Positions 37,571 through 48,361 of a stretch of DNA of 64,000 nucleotides are shown here, one piece after another. The notes below the pieces were generated by a model. That model searched no databases. It was not told where the DNA came from and saw nothing but the letters and a program-made list of their open reading frames with translations. Position 1 is the first letter of the stretch; each line of letters opens with the position of its first letter. This stretch comes from Polyangiaceae bacterium (GTDB taxonomy: Bacteria; Myxococcota_A; Polyangia; Polyangiales; Polyangiaceae). The translations under genes and the position numbers were made by a program. Where the stretch lies: NCBI GenBank assembly GCA_046351325.1, contig JAXLYR010000002.1, forward strand, positions 688,334-752,333, given 5' to 3'.

Positions 37571-38116
37571 ATGCCCTCTCGCATCGAGCCGCTCGAGCCG
37601 CCGTTCCCACCCGAGATTCAGCAGCGGCTCGACGCGCTCATGCCGCCGGGCGTACCGCCGCTCACGCTCTTCACGACGCTCGCGCGGTCACCCCGCGTCT
37701 TCGAGCGGTTCATGGCGGCGGGCCTCCTCGATCGCGGCCCCGTCGGCATGCGCCACCGCGAGCTCATGATCGATCGCACGTGCGCGCGGCTCGGCAACGC
37801 ATACGAGTGGGGCGTCCACGTCGCGTTCTTCGGTCCGCGCGTAGGCCTCGACGACGCGCAGATCGGAGCGCTCGCGCGTGGCCCTTGGGACGCGCCGTGT
37901 TTCGCGCCGTCCGACCAGGCCGTGCTGCGGCTCGCGGACGAGCTCCACGAGACCGCGCGCATCTCCGACGAGGCTTGGGCGCTCGCGCGCACACACTTCG
38001 ACGAGGCCTCGCTCCTCGAGCTCATCGCGCTCGCTGGATTTTACCGCACCGTCGCGTACTTCTGCCTCGGCCTGCGGCTCGCGCCCGAGCCCTACGGTGC
38101 GCCGCTGCCGGCCTGA
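37571..38116 (+). CDS. Carboxymuconolactone decarboxylase (CMD/AhpD-like) family protein
   Basis: 181 aa, divergent from HxlR. Two AhpD-like helical repeats. Confidence 0.65.
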   Translation: MPSRIEPLEPPFPPEIQQRLDALMPPGVPPLTLFTTLARSPRVFERFMAAGLLDRGPVGMRHRELMIDRTCARLGNAYEWGVHVAFFGPRVGLDDAQIGALARGPWDAPCFAPSDQAVLRLADELHETARISDEAWALARTHFDEASLLELIALAGFYRTVAYFCLGLRLAPEPYGAPLPA

Positions 38117-38189
38117 GCGCGGGGCCTTCAGGTCGCCGGCCTTGCGCGTGGCGACGGCGGACCCTACGACGCCGCCACGCGGCCGCCCG

Positions 38190-38774
38190 ATGATCAGCCC
38201 CTACGAGCTACTCGCGATCGCCCTCATCCTGCCGATTGTGTTCGTCGGGGTCTGGCTCGATCGGCGCTTCGAGGTCGCCGGCCCGCGAGAGCTCGACTTC
38301 GAGGAGTGGTGCAGGGCCGCGCGGCCGCTCCTCTTCGCGATCCGCTGCGAAAGAGCGTCCAGTGAGCGTCTCGCAGCGGCGCTCTCGGCTCGGTTCGGCG
38401 CGTTCGTCCAACATCGCACCGGCCGCTATCCGTGGCCGCGTTATGCGTTCGCGGTCCACGTCGACTGCGGCGGACCGCCGGGCTGGAGCTCGAGCGAGGG
38501 CATCCACAGCGCAGACGGCGTCGTGCGGGGCCGGGTCGAGCGCGCCGTGATTCGTCGCTTGCGCGACCCGTGGCCCGACCTCGGCGCGACGCTCGAGGAG
38601 GTCGTGCGTGACCTCGCCCTCGACGGCGAGGTCTGGCTGCACACCGAGCTCTGCGAAGGGGACGACGCGCGCGGGGAGGCTCGCCGCGGGCGCGGCTTCA
38701 CCGCGCTGCTCGCGGCTGGAGAAATCGGGGAGCGCACGCTCGCGCCGTCGCCACCGGCTTGGGCAGCGCGCTGA
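38190..38774 (+). CDS. Hypothetical protein with N-terminal TM helix
   Basis: Internal ATG at 38190 (MISPYELLAIALILPIVFVGVWL). The upstream part of the track ORF overlaps the CMD gene. Weak evidence. Confidence 0.3.
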   Translation: MISPYELLAIALILPIVFVGVWLDRRFEVAGPRELDFEEWCRAARPLLFAIRCERASSERLAAALSARFGAFVQHRTGRYPWPRYAFAVHVDCGGPPGWSSSEGIHSADGVVRGRVERAVIRRLRDPWPDLGATLEEVVRDLALDGEVWLHTELCEGDDARGEARRGRGFTALLAAGEIGERTLAPSPPAWAAR

Positions 38775-38784
38775 GCGCTCGCGC

Positions 38785-41185
38785 TCAGGCCCGCGCGCGA
38801 TACGGGCGGCTCCCACCGTCGAAGCTGTGGATCGCGGGGCGCAGTCGGCGCTCGTAAACCCAGCCGAAGGCGATGAGCAGGACGCCGAAGCCCAGCATCA
38901 GCACGCCGAAGTGGACGCGCCCCGCGAGCTTGCCGAAGTACTCGACGAGGACGGTGATCGCGATGGCGACCGAGCCCATCCTCACGAGCGCGCGGCGCTG
39001 GAAGAAGAGCCCGACGCCGAGCGAGAGGGAGGCTGCCGCGAGCTCGATCGTGCCGTGCACGAGGTCATGCGCGAGGTTGAACGTCATGACGACGCCGAAG
39101 ACGACGAGGACCACCGCGGGGGCGCCGATCGCGACGACCTCGCGGGTGGTCGCGGCGCCCGTCGCGGGCCGTCGATCGAGGAGCGCCGACGTGGTGACGA
39201 CCGCGACGCCGCCGAGCAGCACGAGCTCGGGGAAGAGCGGGCTCTCACCCGCACCGAACGCGCGCGCGACGCCGAGACAAGGTGGGATCGTGAGCGCCAG
39301 CGCTCCGAACGCGAGGGCTGCGGCGTCCTTCCTCCAGCGCGCGAGGCCGACGAGCGCCGCGCCTGCCAGCGTCGCCCCGACCAGCACACTCGGCGCGAGG
39401 GCGGTCGCAGCGCAAACCCCGAGCCCGAGCGTCGCGTAGGCCTGACCACGCAGCCCCGCGCCAGCGTCGGCCGCGGCCTCGCGCCGACGACGCGCGATCT
39501 CACCGACGACATCGAGGACGACGGCGATCGTCGCGACGCTCGCCACGAGCGGCCACGGACCGAGACGCGAGGGCGTAGCCTCGTTGAAGAACATCGAGAT
39601 CGTCCACGCCGCCGCTGCGAGCGAGAAGCTCGCCCAGAAGGCGCGCGACCGCGGAGCGACCCAAACGAAGGTGAGGCCGAGCGCGAGCAGCGCCCCGAGC
39701 CACCCGGCCGCCGCGAGCGCGAAGCTCGTGCCCGCGCGTGTCGCGCTCAAGAAGACGTTCGCCGGTCCAAGCACGACGAACACGTGGCCGGCGGCTTTGA
39801 CGAGGTCGATCGAGAACACTCCAACGCGTGGTGGTGAGCCGTAGCGCGAGCGCTCGAGCAGAGCGGCGAGCCCGATCGCGATGGGGCCGACGACCAGCGC
39901 AGCGATCGCGGACGAGGCGAAAGACACGTGGATCGCGTGTGATTCGACGAGCCCAGCGGAGAACATCGCCGCGCTCAGCCAGACGAGGAGCACGACGGCG
40001 CCGAGCGTGGGCACGCGAGCGAAGCGCACCGAGGCCGCGAACACTGCGCCGCTCACGAGCGCGCCGAGAGCGATCCGCGGCAGCAACGAGAGCTCGGGCG
40101 CGACCGCGATCTCGAGCTGCAAGACGAGCGCCGCGACGATCGCGAGCGCACCCGGCAGCGGGCCCAGCCACGCGCCGCGCGAGGTCTTTCGCAGCCCGAG
40201 CGCGAGCGCTGCGGCGACGAAGAGCAGAGCGTGTGGCAAGAGGCGCGGCAGCGAGGTGTTCGACAATGCCGCCGTCGCGGTCGTGGGGACGAAGAGGAGG
40301 ACCGCTGCGCACATCGCCAAGGTGGCGCGCACGCTCCGAGAGCGCTGCGGCGACGCGACGACGAGGAGACCCGCGACGACCACGCTCGCGAAGGCCGTAG
40401 CCGCGAGACCCGTGATGCTCGGCGCGCCCTGATGTTCGACGAGCGCGAGCTCGAGCGCGGGCAAGAGGACGAGCAGCGCGGAGGCCACCTGCGCGAGCGG
40501 TCGAGACGCCCGAACGAGAGCTCGACTCAGGCGACGGTTGAACCAAGGCCGCGCCATGAGCGCACCGAGGACTGCGAAGAGGGCCGCCAGCCCGCCCGCG
40601 AGCGGCGACGGCGGTCGCGTCGCGAGCAGCGGGAGCGGCGCGAGGATCGCGATCGCAGCGTAGAACGCAGCGAGGCGGCCCGCCGCCCGCGAGAGGACGT
40701 CGACGCGCGTCCGCGCGCCAGCGACGGCCGCCGCGATCGCGAGCCCGGCGGTGGCCGCGGAGAGGAGCGCGCTGATCGTGAGCGGGCTCGGTGATCTCGA
40801 GCGCGAACCCAGCGAATACGCTCGCGACGATGAACGAGCCTGTCGCGAAGACCGCGAGGCCCGACGAGCGACGAAGCGCTGCCATCCCGGCGTAGAGCAC
40901 CGTCATCAGGGCCGAGATCGCGGCCCACGAGGGCATCTCGGGCTGCGGCCAGCGCGCGAGGAGCGCCTGGCGAGCGGTCACCTGAGCCCGAGCGCGACGG
41001 TCTCGAGCGCGTTCGCAGCGATCGAGAGCTCGCGACGCCGCGCGACCTGAGAGGCGACCGCGCACGCCACGATCGCAGGCGGTCAGCAGGCCGATCGGTC
41101 CGATCGTGCGGTAGTTCGCAAGCGCGAGCGCGACCGCGCCGAGGATGACGAGCGCCGCACCGACGGTGGCGACGACCCGCAGCAA
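38785..41185 (-). pseudogene. Large polytopic membrane protein (DUF2339-like), apparent frameshift near 40790
   Basis: The 590-aa ORF (38785..40557) stays open and hydrophobic upstream of its first Met as far as about 40790. A second frame (41185..about 40775) encodes further TM helices. The two join only through a 1-nt frame change. Confidence 0.45.
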
Positions 41186-41379
41186 CGTGGCGCTCGTTCA
41201 GCGGCGCGACCTTCGGCGGCGGGGGCTCGGACTTCGGCAGGCGCGACGCTGGGTTCGGGCCTGTCGCTTCGAGGTCGCGGCGCGCTCCGCGGATGGTTTG
41301 ATCTGCAAAGCATCGCGGAGCATGTGCAGCGCGGGCCGGCGGGCGCGGTCCCTGTCGAGCGCGCCGCGAAGCCAGAGCC

Positions 41380-41976
41380 TCAGGAGCTCGCTCCTCGAGA
41401 GCGCCTTCGCGGACTCCTCTGCAGGTGGCAGATCGTCGGTTGCGAACTGCCGGATTTGTCCGAGGGGGAGCTCCCCGAAGAGCGCGAGGTGCGTGATCGC
41501 CGCGAGCAATGCACACGACGCGGGGCGGTCGGGGAGCGCCCCGCGACGACCTCGGGGGCGGCGAAGGCGACTGAGCCCGGGGGTGCGCCGTCGCGCAGGC
41601 GTGCCCTGAAGGCGTGTGCGTCCACGTCGGGCAGCACCACGAGCGCCGCGCCGGCGTCGGTCAGACGCAGGAGCTCGGGCGACAGTGCGCCGTGCACGCG
41701 CCCCGAAGCGTGCAACGCGGAGAGGACGTCGACGGCCACGAGGAGCGCAGCGCGCAGCTCGTCGGTGTCACGAGGTGCGAGCACGTCGTGTTCGCCGACA
41801 GCCGTGTAAACGACGTCCACGGCGCCGGCCTCTGCCGCGACGACGCGAACATCGATTCGCTGCGCTTCATCGGTCTTCAGCTCGGCGAGCGACGTCGCCG
41901 CGTCGCGCGAGGTCAGGGGGCATCGGGCGAGGACCTGTGCGGCGGCGCCCGAGACGCGCTCGCAAACCAGGCCATT
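41380..41976 (-). pseudogene. Protein-kinase-like remnant (C-lobe only, degenerate)
   Basis: Degenerate subdomain VIb-VIII pattern (HASGRVHGALSPELL, AFAAPEVV). No Gly-loop or N-lobe. Confidence 0.3.
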
Positions 41977-42132
41977 TTACCAGGCGATCGGCTACCCATT
42001 GAAGAGCACGGCGCTCGCCGCCGTGCGGCGCCGGAGTCCCTCGGTCGAGGTCAAGGTCATGGCCGAAGAGCTGCAGCGCGCGTGCCCGTCGACGCTCGAC
42101 GTCTCGACACTGCAGCTGCATCCGCAACGTGG

Positions 42133-42615
42133 CTACGAGTTGGAATCGGTGGGCGTCGACGCGCCGCGCAGGAGCTGGCGATAGCGAACGAACATGTTCG
42201 CGCGCCACACGACGATCATGCCGAGCGCCAGCAAGAAGAAGATCGAGCCCGTCTGGATCGCGTCGACGTATTGCTCGATATAGGCCCGGGCGATCAGGCG
42301 GATAGCCACGAGTCCGAGCAAGATCGCTAGGAAAGCGGGCGACCGACGCAGCATCACCGCGTCTCCCTCGCGCACGAGCTTCGAGGTCGCGACGAGCACC
42401 CAGCTGAGACCGAGCGCGCCGATCCCGAAAGCTGCGGCCGCCCACCCCACGGGGATGCGCGCCGGGGGATAGACGAACATCAAGAGGCCCGTGCTCATCG
42501 CGATGGGCGGCAGCAGGATGCGCGAGGCGTTCGTCGGGCGTGCGGTCTCCCTCGCACGCCAAACCAGGATGGCGGCACTGCCTGCGATCGAGGGGATCAG
42601 GAGCTCGAGCCTCAC
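42133..42615 (-). CDS. CcdC/DUF1453-like small membrane protein
   Basis: 160 aa, four hydrophobic helices. Confidence 0.45.
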   Translation of the reverse strand: MRLELLIPSIAGSAAILVWRARETARPTNASRILLPPIAMSTGLLMFVYPPARIPVGWAAAAFGIGALGLSWVLVATSKLVREGDAVMLRRSPAFLAILLGLVAIRLIARAYIEQYVDAIQTGSIFFLLALGMIVVWRANMFVRYRQLLRGASTPTDSNS

Positions 42616-42701
42616 CTAAGGGCGAGTATGGCACGCCGCGAGCGGTTGGTCAGTCGAGCCAAGGAGTGTCGAGCCGACCTCCAGCGTTACTCTCGCAGAC
42701 C

Positions 42702-43946
42702 ATGCTCGAACGTCTCAGCGTCGTTGCCGTCGCGCTCTCGAGTGCACTCTTTTTCCAGGCCTGCAGCTCCAAACCAGACGAGAAGGCCGCGCCCGAGACG
42801 CGCACGGCTTCCTCGGCGCGTGAGGTGAGCTCCTCTTCGGCTGCGCGCTCGGCAGCGTCCAGCGCTGCGTCGACCGCGGCCTCGGCTGCGCAGGCGTCCG
42901 CGACGCCGGTCGCGTCGGCGTCGGTGAGCGCCGCGCCTGCGCCAGCGTCGAGCTCGCCCCCGTTGTTGGATGCCAGGTGGAGCAACGACGGCGTGCTCCT
43001 CGCCGTTCGCGGAACGAAGCTCAGCATGTTCTCCCCGAAGGGCGGGACGACCTCGTTCCAGATCGCGGCGAACCCACGCGGAGCCGCGTGGAGTCCGCTC
43101 GGACACTTCGTGCTGCTCCCCTATGAAGACGGCCACGTCGACGTCGTGAGCACGTCGAACGGTCAGCGCGCGGGCGGCGCGCCTGCTCCGGCTGGATATG
43201 CCTCGTACATGACCACGATGGGGGCCCTCTCGACGGATGGCTCCGTGATGGTGGTGTCCACCGATCGGGCGCGCATCATCGAGGTCGCGACGGGCGCGAC
43301 GCGCTGCGAGGGCCCCGCGGACTACGCGGCGTTCGACCTGCGCTTCGTGGACAACGACAGCGCGGTCGTCCTGGTCACGAGCGGGCACTACACGCGCATC
43401 GACGCGAAGACCTGCAAGGTCCTCGATGATGGGACCTCGTCGACGGGCGGTACGTTCGTGACGCTCTCCTCGCCAGACGGCAAGTGGGTCGCCTCGTCGG
43501 CCGACGACGGGCACGCGCTCGAGCTGAACGCGACGATGCCCTTCAAGACGAAGGCCGTCCTCGCCCACGCGAAGGACTGCCAGGAGCACATCGGGGCCTG
43601 GTTCAGCCACGACGGGTCGGTGCTGCTCTCGAGCGGAGGGTTCGTCTGGGTGAAGACCTTCGAGGTCCCCAGCATGAAACCGATCGCCGACTACAGGCTC
43701 GATCCGCACGGTACCTATGACAGCGTCGATCTCACCGACGATGGGAAACACGCGGTTATTCGCAGCGGGGAGAAGCTCAGCGTGATCGACCTCGCGACGA
43801 AGAAGCAGCTCTGCTCCTTCGAGGAGAAGGGGGTGTCGTGGATCGCGTCGAGCCCGGACAGCAAGCTCATCGCGGTGATCCTGGAGGCCTCGGTTCACGT
43901 GCGCGACGTCGCCACGTGCGCCGACGTCGCGACCGTCGCGATGTAG
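42702..43946 (+). CDS. Lipoprotein with WD40/PD40-like beta-propeller repeats
   Basis: Signal plus lipobox (FFQACSS), a Ser/Ala-rich linker, and repeated xSxDGxxxxxS blade motifs. Confidence 0.45.
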   Translation: MLERLSVVAVALSSALFFQACSSKPDEKAAPETRTASSAREVSSSSAARSAASSAASTAASAAQASATPVASASVSAAPAPASSSPPLLDARWSNDGVLLAVRGTKLSMFSPKGGTTSFQIAANPRGAAWSPLGHFVLLPYEDGHVDVVSTSNGQRAGGAPAPAGYASYMTTMGALSTDGSVMVVSTDRARIIEVATGATRCEGPADYAAFDLRFVDNDSAVVLVTSGHYTRIDAKTCKVLDDGTSSTGGTFVTLSSPDGKWVASSADDGHALELNATMPFKTKAVLAHAKDCQEHIGAWFSHDGSVLLSSGGFVWVKTFEVPSMKPIADYRLDPHGTYDSVDLTDDGKHAVIRSGEKLSVIDLATKKQLCSFEEKGVSWIASSPDSKLIAVILEASVHVRDVATCADVATVAM

Positions 43947-44052
43947 GGTGCATCTCTCCCCCCAAAACCCGACTTCGATTGAATCGAGGACCCACCACCT
44001 CACTCGAGAATCGAGGTAAAGCTGGGAGTTTCAGGAAAGGTCGAGACAACAC

Positions 44053-44484
44053 ATGAAGGCGTTGGGTTGGGTTTTAGCGGGTCTCGTGGCGCTGGTGGGT
44101 TGTGGGGATGACGGCACCGGCGGCTCGGGCGCGACCGGCAATGCCGGTGGTGCAGGCGGCAGCGGCGGCAACGTCAACGGGGTGGGTGGTAACAACGGTG
44201 TCAGCAGCACGGGCGTCGGCGGCAACTTCGGCGGCGGTGGCTGCGTGAGCTGCGCGGTGAGCATCACCCCAGGCGAGAACCCCGACGGGTTGCCGACGTG
44301 CGTCGGGCTCTCGACGGAACTCTACGACGGGCTCGTCAACTGCATGTGCATCGACGCCTGCGTCGTCGAATGCGGAGACAACATCTGCGCGGGCGGGGAC
44401 ATCATGCAGTCCTGCCAGGACTGCATCCTCGACACCGTCGCGGGCTGCGGAAATCAGTTCAACGACTGCGCGAACGACCTCTGA
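44053..44484 (+). CDS. Small Cys-rich secreted lipoprotein
   Basis: Lipobox LVGCGDD, G-rich linker, 14 Cys in the last 90 aa. Confidence 0.4.
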   Translation: MKALGWVLAGLVALVGCGDDGTGGSGATGNAGGAGGSGGNVNGVGGNNGVSSTGVGGNFGGGGCVSCAVSITPGENPDGLPTCVGLSTELYDGLVNCMCIDACVVECGDNICAGGDIMQSCQDCILDTVAGCGNQFNDCANDL

Positions 44485-45011
44485 CGGATCAGGCGGTTGC
44501 GGGTGCGGAGACGACCGTGGAGGCCGGCTGGGGGCCGTCTCGGCGGGGTGCCGATGAACGGCACGCGCGTGCCCATCACGTAGTCGAAGAGCGGCGTCGT
44601 CACGCACCAGTTCTTGTGCTGGTCGGGACCGAGGTGATGGTCCATGTGCCAGGGCACCCATTTGCGGCCCCACGCCGGATCGATGTGGCTCTGCTTGTGG
44701 ATTGCGTAATAGGCAATCCCGCTGAGGGCGCCGGCGGCGACGAAGCTCGGGGAGACGGCGAGGAGCGGCGCGGTGATCGCGGTCGTGAGCGCGACGCCGA
44801 AGATCTCCTTCGCCTTGGAGGGGGTCTCGAGGATCGGCTCGCGATACATCGGGTCCTCACCTCCCGTCTTGCGGACGTTCTTGTGGTGCTCGTGCCAGTG
44901 GAAGGCCCAGAAGCTGTCCTTCTTACGGCCGAGGCCGTGCAGCACGTATTTGTGCGCGACCCACTCGAAGGCGTTTGCAGCGACGAGACCGAGAGCGAAC
45001 CCAGCGAGCAT
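44454..45011 (-). CDS. Fatty acid hydroxylase / sterol desaturase superfamily membrane enzyme
   Basis: Three His boxes (HWHEHH, HKQSH, HMDHH). Confidence 0.65.
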   Translation of the reverse strand: MLAGFALGLVAANAFEWVAHKYVLHGLGRKKDSFWAFHWHEHHKNVRKTGGEDPMYREPILETPSKAKEIFGVALTTAITAPLLAVSPSFVAAGALSGIAYYAIHKQSHIDPAWGRKWVPWHMDHHLGPDQHKNWCVTTPLFDYVMGTRVPFIGTPPRRPPAGLHGRLRTRNRLIRQRSFAQSLN

Positions 45012-45027
45012 CGTGACCTCCCAAGGT

Positions 45028-45055
45028 CAAAAAGTGACCATCGAGTCACTCTTTT
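45028..45055. promoter_or_regulatory. Inverted repeat AAAAAGTGAC-N6-GTCACTCTTTTT; candidate TetR operator
   Basis: Seen directly in the 52-nt divergent intergenic region between the hydroxylase and the TetR regulator. Confidence 0.35.
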
Positions 45056-45063
45056 TCTGGTGC

Positions 45064-45942
45064 ATGCTACGGGCAGTGTCAAGCCGAAACGTGACTGAAG
45101 AGTCATCTTCTACGCCGGTCGCGCCCCAGCCCCCTGCGGGCAAGCGCGCCGAGAACCGTCGGATGCGGACCGAGGCGCTGCAGCGCGCCGCGCTCGCGCT
45201 CTTCCTCCAGTACGGGGTCGAGGCCGTCACCATCGATCAGATCGTGGACGGGGCGCGCACCGCGAAGGGCAGCTTCTACCGTTATTTCCGGGACAAAACG
45301 GATCTCGTCGCGACGCTCGTCGAGCCGATGCGCCTCGACGTACGCGCGGCGTTCGCGACCTGCGCCGAGGGCCTCCGAGAGGCCTCGCGCGCGGGCAACG
45401 TCGCGAAGCCCTACGAGTCGCTCGCGCAGGATCTCATCCGCGTGGTCGTGCAATACGCCGACGTCGTGCGCCTCTATTTGCACGAGTCGCGCGGGCCGAA
45501 GAACGGGGCGCGCGCCCCGATCGTCGAGCTCGCCGAGGAGGTCCTCGACGGCGCGACCGAGCTCAGCAACGTCGCGCACGCGCTCGGGCTCGTGCGCGGG
45601 CTCGTCGGTCGGCTCAGCGCGATCGTGGTGGTCGGCGCGTCCGAGCTCATCGTGGCGCGGCTCTTCGCGGGGGACGACGTCGGGCCGATCCTCGAGATGC
45701 CGGGTGAGCTCGTGAGCCTGGTGCTCGACGGTGTGCGCGCGCGACAGCCGAGCGCGCAGCTCGCGCCGCCGACGAAGGAGCGCGAGCCCGAGCGCGAGCC
45801 CGAGAAGGCCGCGGCGCGCAAGGGCGCTTCACGCGGGGCGAAGGGGCCGGCGAGCAAGCGCGCGGCGGCGCGCGGCACGACGAAGGTCGCGAAGAGCAAG
45901 GGCTCCAAGGCGAGCGCGCCGACCTCGAAGCGACGTCGCTGA
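45064..45942 (+). CDS. TetR-family transcriptional regulator with Lys/Ala-rich C-terminal tail
   Basis: N-terminal HTH (AVTIDQIVDGARTAKGSFYRYFRDKTDL). Confidence 0.75.
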   Translation: MLRAVSSRNVTEESSSTPVAPQPPAGKRAENRRMRTEALQRAALALFLQYGVEAVTIDQIVDGARTAKGSFYRYFRDKTDLVATLVEPMRLDVRAAFATCAEGLREASRAGNVAKPYESLAQDLIRVVVQYADVVRLYLHESRGPKNGARAPIVELAEEVLDGATELSNVAHALGLVRGLVGRLSAIVVVGASELIVARLFAGDDVGPILEMPGELVSLVLDGVRARQPSAQLAPPTKEREPEREPEKAAARKGASRGAKGPASKRAAARGTTKVAKSKGSKASAPTSKRRR

Positions 45943-45963
45943 CAAAATTGTTCGGGCGCCGGC

Positions 45964-46629
45964 TCAGTCGAAATGCAGGGCGTCCGACACGAAGAGCGCG
46001 CCCCCCGTCGGCGGTCGGATGTGGACCTGGCGCGGCAGCACGCGGTAGCTCTGCGGCTCGCCCGCGGCGCCCGTCGAGGCCGCGACGCCGATGACCGTGA
46101 CGAGCTCGCCCTCTTCGAGCGCGCCCTCGGAGTATCGCAGGGCGTTCGCGCTGCCGAGGAGCGCCGCGCCGTTCGAACCGATTCCATAGAGGAAGCGCTC
46201 GAGTTCGAAGCGCGTCTCCGGGTCGGTCTCCTGGGCGTTCCAATAGGAGTCGATGACGACCTCGACGATCATGCGCGAGTCGTCGATGAGGGCGCGCCCG
46301 CTGCCGTCGCGCACGAAGAACGGCGCTGACTTTCTCTCGACGAGGAAGCGGCGGAAGCCGCGCGCGCGAGGGATCTCGACGACGGCCTCGTAGTGCGCGC
46401 AGCGGCGCCCGCTGAACGGCGCGACGAGCGGTGCGCCAGCGAGCTCGAGCGTGCCTACGAGGCGGACGACCTCGCCGTCGGCCGCGTCGACGACCGGCGT
46501 CTTCGGCAGGCGCTCAGCCGCGCGTCGAGCGCGGCCGCTCGGTGAGAGCCGCGACCGCACGACGAACGGGCTGACCGCCGCGGCCAGCGTGCTCGCGCTC
46601 GCGGCGAGAAACCAGAGCACGCTGCTCAT
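45964..46629 (-). CDS. Hypothetical membrane-anchored protein
   Basis: N-terminal TM helix. No motif recognised. Confidence 0.4.
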   Translation of the reverse strand: MSSVLWFLAASASTLAAAVSPFVVRSRLSPSGRARRAAERLPKTPVVDAADGEVVRLVGTLELAGAPLVAPFSGRRCAHYEAVVEIPRARGFRRFLVERKSAPFFVRDGSGRALIDDSRMIVEVVIDSYWNAQETDPETRFELERFLYGIGSNGAALLGSANALRYSEGALEEGELVTVIGVAASTGAAGEPQSYRVLPRQVHIRPPTGGALFVSDALHFD

Positions 46630-46671
46630 GTCGCAAGCATACCTCGCGGCCGCGCGCAGGCGAGGCGAGGT

Positions 46672-48301
46672 TCACTCCGGATCGGACGCTGTCGGCACGC
46701 GAACGTCGGTGATCGTCGACTCGTCGGCGATCAGCGAGGTCTGGCTGCGGGCGGGCTCGCGCGGGCGCGGCATGTCGTCGCTCATCGAGGCCTGCGCGAG
46801 CCCCGTCATGTCCATCTCGAGGGTGGGAAGCGGCTCGAGCGGCGTCAGCGCGATCGCCATCGGCGCGAGATCGATCTCGACGGTGCGGCGGACGTTCTCG
46901 ACCACCGTGGTCTCGTTGTCGAAGTCGTAGCGGGCCTCGCGCAGGTTCGGGAGCGTCACGGACGAGGGCGACGCGCTGACTCGATGCGAGCGGTCGTGGG
47001 TCTGCGCGTCCTTCTCGAAGAGCGCGAGCGTGTGTCCCTCGGCGGCGAGCTCGAAATGAGGCTCGAGCGTGTTCGCGAGATCGGGCAGGACCGCGATGCG
47101 TCCGCGCGCGGTCTCGTCGAGCGCGCGGGCCGCGGCCTCGAGCGAGCCTTGGTGCGCGACGCCTCCGCGCGCGACGACGAGCGACGCGGCGGGCATCGCC
47201 GTCTGCAGGATGAGCGCAGCGCGCGCGGCGCGAATGACGGCGGCGTTCACGGCCGCGGTCGCGGTCGAGGAAGACGCGACGTGCACGGTGACGGTCGAGT
47301 CGTCGACGTGATCGACGCGCCCGCCGAGCTCGCGCACGAGCAGCTCGACGCCCTCGAGGACGCCCTCGGTGTCGAGCGTGCGGCCGATGGGCTCGGGCGA
47401 GCGACAGAGGACCACTCCGCCCCCTGGATCCGACCTCACGAACGGCGCGAGGAGGGCGCTCGCGTCCTCACGCGCGAGGTCGGGCGTGAGGCCGTCGTCG
47501 ATGGCCTCGATCGCGGCGAGGGCCGAGTCCGCCGTGGGGCGCGCGACCGGATCCTTCGTGAGCAAGCGAACCGCGAGCGTCTCGAGCGCGGGCAAGTGGC
47601 GTCGGCCTGGGTCGACGCTCGCGACGGGCGGCGGAGCCTCGTAGAGGACGCGCAGCTGGCTCGCGAAGACGTTCTCGGCCGCGAACGGCGAGCGCCCCGC
47701 GAGCATCGTGTAGAGGAGCGCGCCCGCGGCGAAGACATCGGCGGCGGGGCTCGGTCCCTCGCCGCGAACGCGCTCGGGCGAGAGGTAGCTCGCGGCGCCG
47801 AGCTCGAGGCTCGGGAAGCTGCTCTCCGAAGCGATGAGGGACGGAGCGACGAGCACGACGTCGACGAGGGTCGCCTCGACGATGCGGCCGCGCGCGAGCG
47901 CGACGTGCGCCGGCGTCACGGAGCCGTGCGAAAGACCGAGCTTTTCGAGGTGCGCGAGCGCGTCGAGCACGCGACGAATCACCACGACGGTCTCGGTGCG
48001 CGAGAAGCCCTCGGGCAGGACCTCGGTCAGGACGGGGCCCTCGACGGGCTCGACGATGACGTACGCGTCGCCGTGGGGCGCGACCTGCGTCGAGCACGCG
48101 CTCGAGCGCGGGGTGCGGCGCCTGCGCGAGCGCGGCCGACGTGCCGCGCAGCTGCTCTTCCCGGCGGTCGAGAGGCAAGTAGAGGCGCACCGCGATCGCG
48201 CGACCGTGCGGATCGACAGCGCGAGAAGACGGCGTGCGGCGCTGCGCGCGACGCAGCGCTCGATCACCTGCCGCCGACGACGTCGCCTCGCTCCACGTCA
48301 C
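46672..48301 (-). pseudogene. Kinase-like (pseudokinase) plus degenerate class III cyclase-homology domain protein, frameshift near 48080
   Basis: The N-lobe (AIAVR, HPALERVLDAG) lies in the 48301 frame. The hinge, catalytic loop (LSHGSVTPAH, no Asp) and the cyclase-like C-terminus lie in the 48267 frame. Confidence 0.5.
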
Positions 48302-48361
48302 GTCATGGTGCCGGAGGCTGCCGCGGGGGTAAAGCGAGCGATTCGCCGTGCGAACGTGCGA

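Noticed and set aside
41867-42634. 255-aa minus-strand ORF
   Set aside because: Wrong-frame overlap of the CcdC-like gene and the kinase remnant. Low-complexity translation.
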